Below, in pieces: positions 37,415-47,650 of a stretch of DNA of 64,000 bases. The DNA is taken from sequence record MT679221.1; one strand, written 5' to 3'. Both the position numbers and the translations under genes were made by a program. Position 1 is the stretch's first letter, and every line of letters starts with the position of its first letter. Below the pieces are notes generated by a model. It did not search any database and was not told the DNA's origin. It saw only the letters and a program-made list of their open reading frames with translations.

Positions 37415-40400
37415 ATGATTTTTCTGAAACAGTTTAACCAGCGCTTTACCGTGCGCAAGACCGATGAGTTCGGTCGCCCGCGTATTATCCCGCTGGAGAA
37501 GCTCCAGCTCCCACGTGGTTCTATCTACCACACCATCGATTTAGACCAGGTGGTTTTAGCGCCGCCGTTAACTACACCGTGTTTTGGCCAGCTGGAAAAA
37601 CCGGCGATGATTCGCCACCACTTCCAGCTACCTGAAGACGGCATTATTGGCCATCCGCGTAAGAAACCTGTTGTTGGTCAAGAACGTCAAATCTTCCAGT
37701 ACCATCGTAACAACCGTCGTATTCGTCGCATGATTGAAGACGGCGTGGTACGTTCCGATCCAAAAGTGCTGCTCATCGAAAACTACACCCCGATGCTGCC
37801 GCATTATTTCTACCCTGATACTCTGATGTCCTGGTACGAACGTCTGCACAACATTCAGCTGCTGATAACTAACCAGATGAAAACTGACTCACGTGAGTAC
37901 ATGCGTCAGAACTACTACATCATCGAACTGGGTAACGTACTGCCTTCTTTCGATCGTTTTAAAATGACGTATAACGATCGTGTTAAAACCAAACTGGAGC
38001 GCTTTAAAGACTTTAACCTGCTGTGGTTACTGGAGCTGTTCGGTTGGGTGTACGGCGATCAGCAAGCAACACTGTTTGACGGTATGGACATGAACCAGCT
38101 GTCACGTGTGAACTTTATCTTCACACACAACGGTGGTTTTACATCCATGAACATGGGTGTAATTGAAAGAATGCGTAAGTCTGCCGGCGGTCGTTTGACT
38201 GACGTGCAGATGGGCAGAATGTTCTACCGTACACTGACTACTGTGATGACCACACCGCCGTCTACCGACTACGAAGATGACGAGTTCGTTACACCGGAAG
38301 GGGACGAACGCGTACATCTGGGAGAGGACGACGATGCTGTTGAAACCGTTGCCGGTAAGCCGGAAGAAACCCTCGATATCGTCGACGATGAAGCAACACA
38401 AAGCGACAACGCCGACGACACATTGAACGATCATGAGTTCGATGAGAAAGAAGATCTGGTCATCGAAGCGCCAAAAGAAGATGTCAAACCAACCACCATC
38501 GTCGTAGAACGCACCATCCCGCACGATGCTGTGATTAAACAGGAAGTTGAGCGCCTGGCAGAAGCGGGCCGCGTCACCGCCAAAGCGTATCAGTTCCTGA
38601 ACGAATCTTCTAAACGTTTCGTAAACTTACCCAACCCGTACAATCCTAAAGAGACGTACGGCGAAGGCCTGACCATCGATCCGAAGAAACTCGAAGTTAA
38701 AGCCGAGCCTAAGAAGATTGAACGCTTAGTTACGGATGAAGCCTGGGCGGAAAACACCACCGACCAAATCATTCGTCAGTACAACCAGGAAATCTTCCCG
38801 AAAGATGTTCTGGGTGCAGTGGCGTCATCTCAGCGTCTCGGTTTGGCGATTCACAATCACACTGTTGAGAAAGAGATTTCCGTTACCGGGAATATCGAAC
38901 ACCACACGTTGCGTATTCAGCCGATTGGCGGAGAACCAACCACGGTACGTTTCTCAATTCCTGCATTAACCGAAGACGGTACTTGGGTGGCGAATGGTGT
39001 GGAATATACAATGCGTCGTCAGCGCGTCGATGTTCCTATCCGTAAAGTGTCCCACGATACTGTAGCGTTAACCACTGCCTACGGGAAGAACTTTGTCCGT
39101 CGCAGCGATAAAGTCGTCAATGATTACGGACGTTGGCTCACTAACGCGATTATTACTCGTGCAGTCGATCCAAAGAACACCGAAATCACTGATGCAAAAC
39201 TGGCGAATGTGTTTGATCCGCTGTCTAAACTGCCGCGTCAATATACCGAAGTGGCGCGTCGTGTAGCAACGTTCAACGCAATTGGGTACCAATGGAACTT
39301 TGACATTAAACAGAAAGCGGTATTCTTTAACGAAGGGCAACTGGCAGATGCGGACCGTGTCGAGCTGGTACCTGTGGCGAAGAAACCACGGAGTCATGTC
39401 ATCGTCGGTATGGATAAAAACTCCCAGCTTTATCGAGTGGATAAGGATAAGACCGAACCACTGGGTACACTCGCCGAAGTCTTTGGCGTGGACACCGCTA
39501 AGGCTCCACGTGAAATGACTGAATTGTCACTGATGGGTAAATCAATCTCGCTGGGCTTTGTGTTTGCGTACTATCTCGGATTAACCGGGATGTTGAAACA
39601 CTTTGGTATCAGTTACGAGGTTCTCTCTGTCGGACAACGTATCGATAAAGGTCAGTTCGACTCCATTATTCGTCTCCAGGATGCGAAAATTGCAATTGTC
39701 TGCGAGAACGATCAACAGAGGATGATTGTCAACGGCTTAGACCGTTACATTAAACACTTTACCACGTATACCGAATCGGAAGTTGACCGGGAAGACATTT
39801 ACCTGAACCTGTTACGCGATGCAGATGGGCTAACACCACGCTACATCAAAGAGCTGAAGCTGATGCGGACCGCATTTGTTGATGACATGCACGCGCGTAT
39901 CCTCAGGAAAATGGGCGAGCCGGAAACCTTTATCGGCTTACTGGAGCGTTCTAACGAACTGCTGCAGACGGACCACACGTTACCGGAAATTAACGGTGAC
40001 GAAATGATGTTCATCGGGAACCAACGTATTTCGTATCACATCTACACCGCAATGGTGCGGGCGATGCGTAACTACAACAACGCGCCTAACTCGAATCGTA
40101 AGTTTGAGCTGACACAGGACATGGTGTGGGGTGCAATTAACTCCGACCCGTCTGTTTTGCTGGCACCTGGCGCAAACCCGGTACAGAACATCAAAGAAAA
40201 GGATGTCGTTACCATGGGCGGTACAGGCGGTCGTAACCGCAAAACCATGGTCTACAGTACCCGTGAATTCCAACCGAGCGACCTGGGGATTGTCTCCGGT
40301 AACACGGTCGATAACGGCGACGTAGGTATCACCGCCTTTGCAACAAACAACCCGCGCTACGATACCGTGGACGGCACGACCTTTAAAAAGGACCTCGATA

Positions 40401-41620
40401 AACTGAAGCCGGGTGAGGCGCTGTCGTTTATTGATGGCTTGGTGCCGGATACCCTGATGGACGATGCTAAGCGTCAGAACTTCGTTGGAATTCAATTCGG
40501 TTCTGCGACCAGTTGTGTTGGCGCAACCACCACACCGTATCGTACCGAGCAAGAAAAGTTCGTGGCACACCGTACTTCTGTGAAGCACGCACGCGTAATC
40601 GATAAACCTGGCAAGATTGTGGAGGTTCTTAACGACCACGTTAAAATCAAATACGACGACGGAGAGGAAGAAGCTTTCCCACTGGGTCGTTGGTTCGGTC
40701 CGCACGAAGGGACTTACTACCCACACACCCTGGTAACGAAATGGAAGCGCGGAGATAAACTCCCTGCCGGTGCCGTTATCACGTACAACGAACAACACTT
40801 TGAACCAGACATCTACGATCCAACGCAGGTCAGTTTTAAAAACGGGATACTGGCAACTGTCGCTTTGATTGAAGGGGAAGAAGTAATTGAGGACTCCAAC
40901 GCCATTAGTGAGCGGTTCGCTGCTAAGGCCGAAGCCGATGTTACCAAACTCAAAGAAGTCACAATGACATTCACCCAGAACCTGTTGGAGATGGTAAAAG
41001 AAGGGGACCACGTAGACGTGGATTCAATTCTATGCACCTTCACCGACAACCTGACCGGCGATATGAGCGGGTTCAGTAAAGAAGCAGCGGAGACGCTGCG
41101 TGAGTTAAGCTCCTTTGCACCACGCTCTGGTGTTCGTGGGTTTATCGACAAAATCGAAGTGGTTTACCACGGCGAGTTGGAAGATATGACCCCGTCTTTG
41201 GCGGAGATGGTTCGTAAATACGACCGTATACGTCGGAAGACTGCGCTGGCTCTCAAACGTGACGAGCCGAAGGACGGTCGAGTCAACGGTGATTTTCGTG
41301 TTGAGGGGGTGCCGTTAGCGTACAATAGCCTGTGTGTCCGATTCTACATCACACACCGGGTAGAGATGGCAGCAGCGGATAAGATGGTTATTGCTAACCA
41401 GCTGAAAACGACGGTTCAGGAAGTGATGTATGGAACCAACAAAACGGAAGACGGGCAGGAACTCGACATTATCTTTGGTCGTGATTCCGTCGACGCACGT
41501 ATCGTAGGTTCTATCATGCGCATCGGAACCACCAACGCTGTCGGGTATCGTGGTGGGGAGAACATCGGACGCATCTTAGATGGTGAAGACGTCCCAGCCT
41601 TGCCGGCTAAAATCAACTAA
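37415..41620 (+). CDS. rpoB: Virion RNA polymerase, beta subunit N-terminal/main part
   Basis: ANGVEYTMRRQR, DDAKRQNF, EDSNAISERF and ADKMVIANQLKTTV...DIIF match RpoB regions; 1401 aa. Confidence 0.93.
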   Translation: MIFLKQFNQRFTVRKTDEFGRPRIIPLEKLQLPRGSIYHTIDLDQVVLAPPLTTPCFGQLEKPAMIRHHFQLPEDGIIGHPRKKPVVGQERQIFQYHRNNRRIRRMIEDGVVRSDPKVLLIENYTPMLPHYFYPDTLMSWYERLHNIQLLITNQMKTDSREYMRQNYYIIELGNVLPSFDRFKMTYNDRVKTKLERFKDFNLLWLLELFGWVYGDQQATLFDGMDMNQLSRVNFIFTHNGGFTSMNMGVIERMRKSAGGRLTDVQMGRMFYRTLTTVMTTPPSTDYEDDEFVTPEGDERVHLGEDDDAVETVAGKPEETLDIVDDEATQSDNADDTLNDHEFDEKEDLVIEAPKEDVKPTTIVVERTIPHDAVIKQEVERLAEAGRVTAKAYQFLNESSKRFVNLPNPYNPKETYGEGLTIDPKKLEVKAEPKKIERLVTDEAWAENTTDQIIRQYNQEIFPKDVLGAVASSQRLGLAIHNHTVEKEISVTGNIEHHTLRIQPIGGEPTTVRFSIPALTEDGTWVANGVEYTMRRQRVDVPIRKVSHDTVALTTAYGKNFVRRSDKVVNDYGRWLTNAIITRAVDPKNTEITDAKLANVFDPLSKLPRQYTEVARRVATFNAIGYQWNFDIKQKAVFFNEGQLADADRVELVPVAKKPRSHVIVGMDKNSQLYRVDKDKTEPLGTLAEVFGVDTAKAPREMTELSLMGKSISLGFVFAYYLGLTGMLKHFGISYEVLSVGQRIDKGQFDSIIRLQDAKIAIVCENDQQRMIVNGLDRYIKHFTTYTESEVDREDIYLNLLRDADGLTPRYIKELKLMRTAFVDDMHARILRKMGEPETFIGLLERSNELLQTDHTLPEINGDEMMFIGNQRISYHIYTAMVRAMRNYNNAPNSNRKFELTQDMVWGAINSDPSVLLAPGANPVQNIKEKDVVTMGGTGGRNRKTMVYSTREFQPSDLGIVSGNTVDNGDVGITAFATNNPRYDTVDGTTFKKDLDKLKPGEALSFIDGLVPDTLMDDAKRQNFVGIQFGSATSCVGATTTPYRTEQEKFVAHRTSVKHARVIDKPGKIVEVLNDHVKIKYDDGEEEAFPLGRWFGPHEGTYYPHTLVTKWKRGDKLPAGAVITYNEQHFEPDIYDPTQVSFKNGILATVALIEGEEVIEDSNAISERFAAKAEADVTKLKEVTMTFTQNLLEMVKEGDHVDVDSILCTFTDNLTGDMSGFSKEAAETLRELSSFAPRSGVRGFIDKIEVVYHGELEDMTPSLAEMVRKYDRIRRKTALALKRDEPKDGRVNGDFRVEGVPLAYNSLCVRFYITHRVEMAAADKMVIANQLKTTVQEVMYGTNKTEDGQELDIIFGRDSVDARIVGSIMRIGTTNAVGYRGGENIGRILDGEDVPALPAKIN

Positions 41621-41624
41621 TGTA

Positions 41625-41643
41625 GGGCGGGTCGCTCCCGCCC
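41625..41643 (+). promoter_or_regulatory. GC-rich intergenic hairpin without U-tract
   Basis: GGGCGGG-TCGCT-CCCGCCC. Confidence 0.5.
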
Positions 41644-41667
41644 GGTAAATAAACTCCGGAGTTAATA

Positions 41668-41961
41668 ATGGGAATTTTAGATACGCTCAAGCAGCAGCAT
41701 GGGATTCCGGTGGGTCGTAATAGCACGAATCCGGAAACGGAAGGTTATTCCCCACAGCAACGCATGAACTTTGTTGTTCTGGGTAATGCGGTTGAATTGG
41801 CCACCGAAATTATTCACGGACTGCTGAAGGGCAGCAATGGCCTGTCTGACCGCATGGGCGATCAGCGTTTGCTGAAACGAGACATCGCTGATATGGTGGG
41901 TGCGCGCATTACTGGCCGCATCCAGGATTCCATCAGCACCAAAAACGGGGGTCAGGCATGA
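41668..41961 (+). CDS. Small conserved protein (probably virion)
   Basis: 97 aa, GGAG SD, between the RNAP and head genes. Confidence 0.7.
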   Translation: MGILDTLKQQHGIPVGRNSTNPETEGYSPQQRMNFVVLGNAVELATEIIHGLLKGSNGLSDRMGDQRLLKRDIADMVGARITGRIQDSISTKNGGQA

Positions 41962-43433
41962 TCAACTTATATTCACTTAATGCTGTCACCAACGCAATGA
42001 AACTGGCGAAACAACACCAGATTCGTTTGGAAGCTGACGTTGACAGTCCTGTTGGTCTACTGACAAAAGCGACTACGCAGCAGAGCGTTTTCGATACGCA
42101 GATAACTGACGAAGAGTTCTTCCAGTCTCTGCCGGATATCACTGCACTGAAAACGCCGCAAGCTGGCACAGGCGAAGCGTCTGTAATCGCGGATACGGCA
42201 GCTGGTCCAGAAACGCTGAACGTCGAAGACCACGAACCAACGCTGTTTGAACTGAAGCGCATGGCTATCCAGCGTTGTCAGGGTATGCTTGACTTTGCCC
42301 GTAACGTTATTCAGCCGTTTGTTCAGCTGGTCATCCAAAACAACCAGGGTATTGAAAACCAGGCAGTTAGCGAAGAGTGGGCACTCGTACCTGCAGGTAT
42401 GGACCCGGCGTTGAACTCCCCGGTGGTACAGGCATTGATTGATTCGGTAGAGAACCCGCTGGGTAACGGTACCACACATCCCGCAGTTAAAGCTAACGTC
42501 CCTGCTGATATCGAACTGCCAGAAACCGGCAGCAAAGCTTACGACGATCTGGTTAAAGAACTGCTGAATGCTCTGGGTTGGAGTATCAACGAAGCCGTTC
42601 GCAACATGCTCGAAGGGAACATGCTCTCTCCGGTAAGCGACCAGGCACCACACAACCTGAAACGCAACATTCTGTTTATGCTGCTTTCTGGCTACTACCT
42701 GGAAATGCCGTGGAAAGACTCTGGTCTGAATAGCGGGCAGTGGAAAGCACAGATGCTGCCGTTGCATTACAGCTACATCGGCTGGGTTTACGCCTACACC
42801 CAGAACATCGTTACCCGCATCAAGACCGGTAACATTGTCTTCGGATACGACAACGTTGAGAAGAAAGTGTATATCTGTCAGGAAGTTATGGACGACTATC
42901 TGGAAAAAGGCGGTAGCGTTGAAGCGTTACTGGGCGCTATTTACCAACTGGACGAAGGTGATACCAATGTCTCCACGCGTGTAGCTTCACTGTTGGAAAA
43001 ACAGAAAGACTACATCGCTGCCTGGAGCCACCGTTCCGCGATTCAGCGTGCTAAGCTCGACAGCAATTGGGTAACACGCAATCGCCAGTCACTGAAACAA
43101 GCGTTTAACGTGGCCATCGATGCAACCGATCCTGAACTGTTCTGGCGTGGAGAAGACGGTCAGGTAGCAACGCCGGAACTCATTAAGCGTTCGACGGCGA
43201 GCTTCATCGACGCGTTCTTCACCACCGACACCACCGACATCACAGAGTTCGTTATCAAAGTCTCAGCAACCGAAGTCTTTGGTGAGTACGAGCTGTCCAA
43301 GCTGATGCTGGATATTCATCGTGGTATGATTGCTAACCGTCAACCTGACGAGGTAGCGACCGACTGGATGATTAACTACGTCCTGGATTGGATTTGTGGC
43401 GGTGTGGTTATTTCTGTACCGAGCAAAGTTTAA
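41958..43433 (+). CDS. Virion head-associated protein
   Basis: 491 aa, ATGA overlap; synteny with the phiKZ-like vRNAP/protease cluster. Confidence 0.68.
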   Translation: MINLYSLNAVTNAMKLAKQHQIRLEADVDSPVGLLTKATTQQSVFDTQITDEEFFQSLPDITALKTPQAGTGEASVIADTAAGPETLNVEDHEPTLFELKRMAIQRCQGMLDFARNVIQPFVQLVIQNNQGIENQAVSEEWALVPAGMDPALNSPVVQALIDSVENPLGNGTTHPAVKANVPADIELPETGSKAYDDLVKELLNALGWSINEAVRNMLEGNMLSPVSDQAPHNLKRNILFMLLSGYYLEMPWKDSGLNSGQWKAQMLPLHYSYIGWVYAYTQNIVTRIKTGNIVFGYDNVEKKVYICQEVMDDYLEKGGSVEALLGAIYQLDEGDTNVSTRVASLLEKQKDYIAAWSHRSAIQRAKLDSNWVTRNRQSLKQAFNVAIDATDPELFWRGEDGQVATPELIKRSTASFIDAFFTTDTTDITEFVIKVSATEVFGEYELSKLMLDIHRGMIANRQPDEVATDWMINYVLDWICGGVVISVPSKV

Positions 43434-43448
43434 TAAAGAGAGGTGGTC

Positions 43449-44171
43449 GTGAGCGCCATTGAAACAGCACGTCGTGACGCGACGAAAATTCATGCAGATT
43501 TAGTGGACCAAGGCACGGCCACCATCACCAAAGGGGGATGTTACATTTACATCCCTGTTGGCTTCGTGGCTAAAGAGCTGGCGGTAATTTCTTCGCAAGT
43601 AGAAATCGTCGGCATTTTCGCTATCTCCACTGACCGCAAAACCTACGGGGTATCGAACGTCACGACGTTCATTGAAATTACACCGTCGGCGTTTGAGGAA
43701 ATTGATGTTCAGGGTGTGCCGTATTACGAGTTCCGTTTTGACCCCGGCACGGTGGTGTTCCCCAACCGAATGCTGCAAGTGCTATCCTCGCCAGTCTACA
43801 ACATCGCTTCGTACATCTACGACTTCGGCAACCGGCCTTTCTGGTATACCGCAGTAGATGACGCTGAGCTATTGTCTGACACTAAGACGTGGAACGGCTT
43901 TACGGTCTTTAACGACCAGATCACCGCTGACTGTTATGCTGCACACACACAGCGTAAGGTTGGCGACCCGCGGACGTATTTCCGCTACACCCTGAAAAAA
44001 GACAGCGATTTGATGAATCGGGTGCAGTTTATTCCGCTGCGCTCAGGTTCATTGAACAAAACTTCCCGGTTGGCCAAGATTGCAGATGTGGAACTGAAAC
44101 AGGGTATCCGTTCTGCACTCCAGGTCGATCCGGTACGTGCAGAGCCACTCGAGGATTTGTATATGAGGTAA
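43449..44171 (+). CDS. Probable fifth virion RNAP subunit (beta' C-terminal part)
   Basis: About 241 aa (GTG start after GAGAGG). C-terminal NKTSRLAKIA..ELKQGIRSAL...EPLEDL resembles the RpoC C-terminus; position upstream of the protease as I recall for SPN3US gp244. Confidence 0.62.
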   Translation: MSAIETARRDATKIHADLVDQGTATITKGGCYIYIPVGFVAKELAVISSQVEIVGIFAISTDRKTYGVSNVTTFIEITPSAFEEIDVQGVPYYEFRFDPGTVVFPNRMLQVLSSPVYNIASYIYDFGNRPFWYTAVDDAELLSDTKTWNGFTVFNDQITADCYAAHTQRKVGDPRTYFRYTLKKDSDLMNRVQFIPLRSGSLNKTSRLAKIADVELKQGIRSALQVDPVRAEPLEDLYMR

Positions 44172-44179
44172 CTGAGGTA

Positions 44180-44205
44180 GGGTTATTGTACGTCCCCAAT
44201 AACCC
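44180..44205 (+). promoter_or_regulatory. Intergenic hairpin upstream of the protease gene, no U-tract
   Basis: GGGTTATTG-8 nt-CAATAACCC. Confidence 0.5.
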
Positions 44206-44233
44206 GCTTCGGTAATAACAACTGGGGAAACCA

Positions 44234-45037
44234 ATGGAAAACTTGTCACTACGTTATAACTGCGTGGCACTCGCTGGGGTCAATAAAGGGGCAACGCTAA
44301 AGAAAGATGCGGACGGGTATTACTACGTCCTGTTAGGTGCACTGAATATTTTCAACTCTGAGAATATTTACTACGCCTATAACGAGTCAAAACATGTCTT
44401 CGAGCGCTCTAACGTTTTCATGCGTAAAGTTTTGGCGGGGAATCTCTTCGGTGAAGAAGACCATCCGCAATACGAACAAGGCATGAGCGAAGCCCAGTGG
44501 ATCGAACGTAACGAATGGATCGAAACGCGTAACGTGTGTATGCACATTCGCGAAGTAGAAGTGAAACCGACCGACCAGATGTGTAACGGTCTGCCGGTAA
44601 TGGAAATCTGGGGTTGGATTAAACCTAACCGTGAACGTGGTCCGCTTCTGGCGGAAGCACTAGAGAACCCACATCAGAACGTGTGTTTCTCACTGCGTGC
44701 TATCGTTCGTGAAGGTCGTCTGGGTACGACTATCGTACGCCGTATCGATAAACTGGTCACCTTTGACTGGGTTATTGAAGATGGCCTGCAAATCTGTAAC
44801 AAATACTCTGCGATTCAACGCGGTAGTAAAGTGGCACAGGAATCTACTCGCACTTACGTCGACCGCCCTATCAGTCGTCAAGTGTTGGAAGACATTCTGT
44901 ACAATCCGACAACGACCAGCGCTGTTGCCACTGAGTCCCGTCGTGGTGCTCTCCAGCAACTCGCGCAGGAATACCTGCAGCTGGCTCCGAAAGTGTCCAA
45001 TCTGCGGGTAATGGGCATGGGTGTAAGGAGCTGGTAA
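44234..45037 (+). CDS. Prohead (capsid maturation) serine protease, T4 gp21 / phiKZ gp175-like
   Basis: GEEDHP (catalytic His), CFSLR (catalytic Ser); C-terminal AQE and ATE candidate self-cleavage sites. Confidence 0.85.
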   Translation: MENLSLRYNCVALAGVNKGATLKKDADGYYYVLLGALNIFNSENIYYAYNESKHVFERSNVFMRKVLAGNLFGEEDHPQYEQGMSEAQWIERNEWIETRNVCMHIREVEVKPTDQMCNGLPVMEIWGWIKPNRERGPLLAEALENPHQNVCFSLRAIVREGRLGTTIVRRIDKLVTFDWVIEDGLQICNKYSAIQRGSKVAQESTRTYVDRPISRQVLEDILYNPTTTSAVATESRRGALQQLAQEYLQLAPKVSNLRVMGMGVRSW

Positions 45038-45040
45038 AAA

Positions 45041-45670
45041 ATGGCAGAACATATCGACCCGTCATTAGAGCGGTGGTGTGAACGCCAGATGCCGCACGTC
45101 GCCAAAAAGTTGACGTTGCGTAAACTGACTGAACAGCCGCTGCATTTAAGCAAGTGTAAGATACCGACGTTTTCGCCGCGTATCCCACTTTCGTGCGCGC
45201 CAGATGAAGACAAGACCGTGCCCAGGATTTGCTGCTCGGTAGATTTAGAGCGAGCGATTAAGGGTGCACGTCACAACTTCTCTGCAATCGAAATACCCAC
45301 ACGATTGTATCTTTACGGTTTTGATGAACGTGATGTAGCGCAGCCTTCGGTCAACCTGACGCAGGAACCGAATCGGGCGGGTGAAGTATGGATTGTACCG
45401 CACCGCATGTCGAACTGGGATATCAAACCGATTTACCTGGGCGAGATGCGGTTGTCAGAACTTCGCAACGGTGGCCATGTTTTTGTCTATCACTTAAGTT
45501 TCGGACAAGATGTGCGCCTGTCTACCAGTCAACTGCTGAAAGCCGGCGAATTTTATCGACTGATTATCAGCGTCAACTGGGAGCGCGGTGAAGTTAAGGT
45601 CTCGGAGGCGGTCGCCACTGCGCGTACTGCTTTTGATAACGCACTGAACGAATACGTCGTTACACCGTAG
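45041..45670 (+). CDS. Hypothetical protein, possible ADP-ribosyltransferase-like fold
   Basis: LHLS...FSPRIP...EDKTVPRICCS...LYLY pattern. Confidence 0.55.
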   Translation: MAEHIDPSLERWCERQMPHVAKKLTLRKLTEQPLHLSKCKIPTFSPRIPLSCAPDEDKTVPRICCSVDLERAIKGARHNFSAIEIPTRLYLYGFDERDVAQPSVNLTQEPNRAGEVWIVPHRMSNWDIKPIYLGEMRLSELRNGGHVFVYHLSFGQDVRLSTSQLLKAGEFYRLIISVNWERGEVKVSEAVATARTAFDNALNEYVVTP

Positions 45671-45725
45671 TGCCTAGTTCGTGGTCTGCAAATCACAACT
45701 AAAAACCACTACAGTAGGGGGACGC

Positions 45726-46025
45726 ATGAAGGTCGTTAACATCGCAATACCTCCGACCCTTCGTTGTTTGACGCCGGAAGAACTGAAAGCGTTAGCGATC
45801 TACGCCATCCAAGGAAAGGCTGGTAAGGAAGTGCTTGCCGAAATCTTATCGGAACGTTTTGATACAAAACGCAAGGTTAATAACATTATCTCCGGAATCG
45901 CGTCGCTAGATATCATGGCACTCTATTGCGACATTAAAGAGGCTGGAGTGACAATCGACTATCGCCGTACTTACTTTCTACTCACCGAGCCGTATCGTTC
46001 GAATATGGCAATAAAGCAAATGTAG
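45726..46025 (+). CDS. Hypothetical protein
   Basis: ATG at 45726 after AGGGGG SD; 99 aa. Confidence 0.65.
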   Translation: MKVVNIAIPPTLRCLTPEELKALAIYAIQGKAGKEVLAEILSERFDTKRKVNNIISGIASLDIMALYCDIKEAGVTIDYRRTYFLLTEPYRSNMAIKQM

Positions 46026-46033
46026 TTTTTTAC

Positions 46034-46627
46034 ATGACGTTGGTTTCATGTGTTGGGGAACAAAATAAGGACAAGAAGATGTTTTATCTGGATAGCGATG
46101 GCGTTTTTGCACGCTGGCGTAAATACGTTTTATCCACACATTTTCCCGGAATGACGATTAAAGAGTTTAACGCATTACCTGAACTCCGCCGTCGTAGTTT
46201 GGTTCGTTCGATGTATCAGAACGATCCTGACCTGTTTTACAAACTCGAACCAATTGAGGGCGTAGAGCGAATCCTGGAAACGGTAGATAGACTTTGCGAC
46301 AGTTGGGCAATACTCACCTCTGGGTCAGAAGATCACTACGACCACCAATTGGTTGTGGATTCAAAACAACGGTGGTTCATGAAGCACTTTGGGGTACCAG
46401 CTGACAAAGTCATCGTCACCGAAAGTTCAGGGCAGAAGAAAGCTTACGCCTCGCGAGGTAATTTGCTTGTCGACGATTATGGTCGTAACTGTCGAGAATG
46501 GATTTTGCAAGGTGGCGCGGCAATATGGTCGCGAACTGAAGAACCGAACATTGATGGCATTTGCCTCCAGTGTGAAGCGTTCTACAATGACCCGATTACA
46601 CACTCGGGGACACTACTGCAAGTCTAA
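46034..46627 (+). CDS. HAD-superfamily 5'(3')-deoxyribonucleotidase-like phosphatase
   Basis: FYLDSDGVFA (motif I), ILTS (motif II), QKK (motif III) and LLVDDYGRN (motif IV). Confidence 0.85.
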   Translation: MTLVSCVGEQNKDKKMFYLDSDGVFARWRKYVLSTHFPGMTIKEFNALPELRRRSLVRSMYQNDPDLFYKLEPIEGVERILETVDRLCDSWAILTSGSEDHYDHQLVVDSKQRWFMKHFGVPADKVIVTESSGQKKAYASRGNLLVDDYGRNCREWILQGGAAIWSRTEEPNIDGICLQCEAFYNDPITHSGTLLQV

Positions 46628-46635
46628 GCTCCACT

Positions 46636-46680
46636 AGGCTCATCCTATCTTCGGATACGGGTGAGCCTTTTTATTTTATT
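46636..46680 (+). terminator. Intrinsic terminator with cUUCGg loop
   Basis: AGGCTCATCCTATC-TTCG-GATACGGGTGAGCCT followed by a T-tract. Confidence 0.88.
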
Positions 46681-46690
46681 AATTGCATTC

Positions 46691-46717
46691 AAAAAGAACT
46701 GAGATATATATTACTTA
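46691..46717 (+). promoter_or_regulatory. Early (virion RNAP) promoter with perfect TATATTAC
   Basis: AAAAAGAACTGAGATATATATTACTTA; TATATTAC (46707-46714) is the known phiKZ early promoter core. Confidence 0.8.
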
Positions 46718-46773
46718 GGTGAGCGTTACACGTTAACGCTTTAATCGACTATTACCCAGAAGGAGTATTTACA

Positions 46774-47172
46774 ATGACTAACCAACTACGCCAAGACCCC
46801 TTTGTTGCCATGATGCTTTGTGCTAAAGCCGAGAGCAACGAAGCCGATTTAATTCGTCTGTTGACTGATGACGAATATCTTATCTCCGAACGTGATAAAC
46901 GTTTAGAAGAACTCTACAAGCCAGAAACCGGTGAATCGCTCGGTAATCAAAACGCCTGGAAGTTTCTTATTCTCGTTGCTGATGAAAAGTGGCGAGCAGA
47001 AAATCCCATCGTCTGTGATATTACAGACCTACCGTACAAATACGGCGGACTCATCACCAGCGACCTGCATCTTAAAGCGTACTTTGATGGCGAAGCAATA
47101 CAAGAGCTGCAAGATGTTCTTATTACAGCAACGAACACTTTGAGACGTTTGCGCGCTGAGCAGCTGATCTGA
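46774..47172 (+). CDS. Early hypothetical protein (paralog of the next gene)
   Basis: 132 aa, AAGGAG SD; RQDPFVAMMLC...SERDKRLEEL. Confidence 0.78.
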   Translation: MTNQLRQDPFVAMMLCAKAESNEADLIRLLTDDEYLISERDKRLEELYKPETGESLGNQNAWKFLILVADEKWRAENPIVCDITDLPYKYGGLITSDLHLKAYFDGEAIQELQDVLITATNTLRRLRAEQLI

Positions 47173-47226
47173 TCTCTCAAAAATAACGAATCGTACAAAT
47201 CCTTTGACTGTGTAGGAAGGAATAAA

Positions 47227-47616
47227 ATGAAAATCGCAGAGGGGTTAGTAGATGCGTGCAGAGATCCATTTACGCTATGGGTTCTTTGTGGCTTGCGCCG
47301 AGACGATCGTTTCGGTGAGTTTGTTCGAAATCCAGATGCTTTACTAAGCTTCGTAGAAAGCGAGGAGAAGCGTTTAGAGGAGATTAAAGAGGAAAGTAGT
47401 ACCCTTACACCAGATATGGTGGTTTATAGCCGTATGACGTCACACAGGTGGCGTACGACCCATCGGCTGAAGGGAACCTCAATGAAGGAATTGATTGAAG
47501 GGTTATCAAAGGCGCTTTCGTCTGATAACATTATCTGGCCGGTGGTGTATACCAACGAAGGCCACTCTGATAACGTGAAGGTTACACTGACACGATGTTA
47601 TCACACATTCTCGTAG
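47227..47616 (+). CDS. Early hypothetical protein (paralog of the previous gene)
   Basis: 129 aa, AAGGA SD; CRDPFTLWVLC...SEEKRLEEI. Confidence 0.78.
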   Translation: MKIAEGLVDACRDPFTLWVLCGLRRDDRFGEFVRNPDALLSFVESEEKRLEEIKEESSTLTPDMVVYSRMTSHRWRTTHRLKGTSMKELIEGLSKALSSDNIIWPVVYTNEGHSDNVKVTLTRCYHTFS

Positions 47617-47650
47617 TAGTTAATCGACCATTATCGTAAGGAATATTTAC

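Noticed and set aside
39980-41011. 343-aa antisense ORF inside the RNAP beta gene
   Set aside because: It lies wholly within a conserved essential gene, has no SD or recognisable motif, and is consistent with an antisense shadow of biased codon usage.
42057-42767. 236-aa antisense ORF within the 491-aa head gene
   Set aside because: Shadow frame with no supporting signals.
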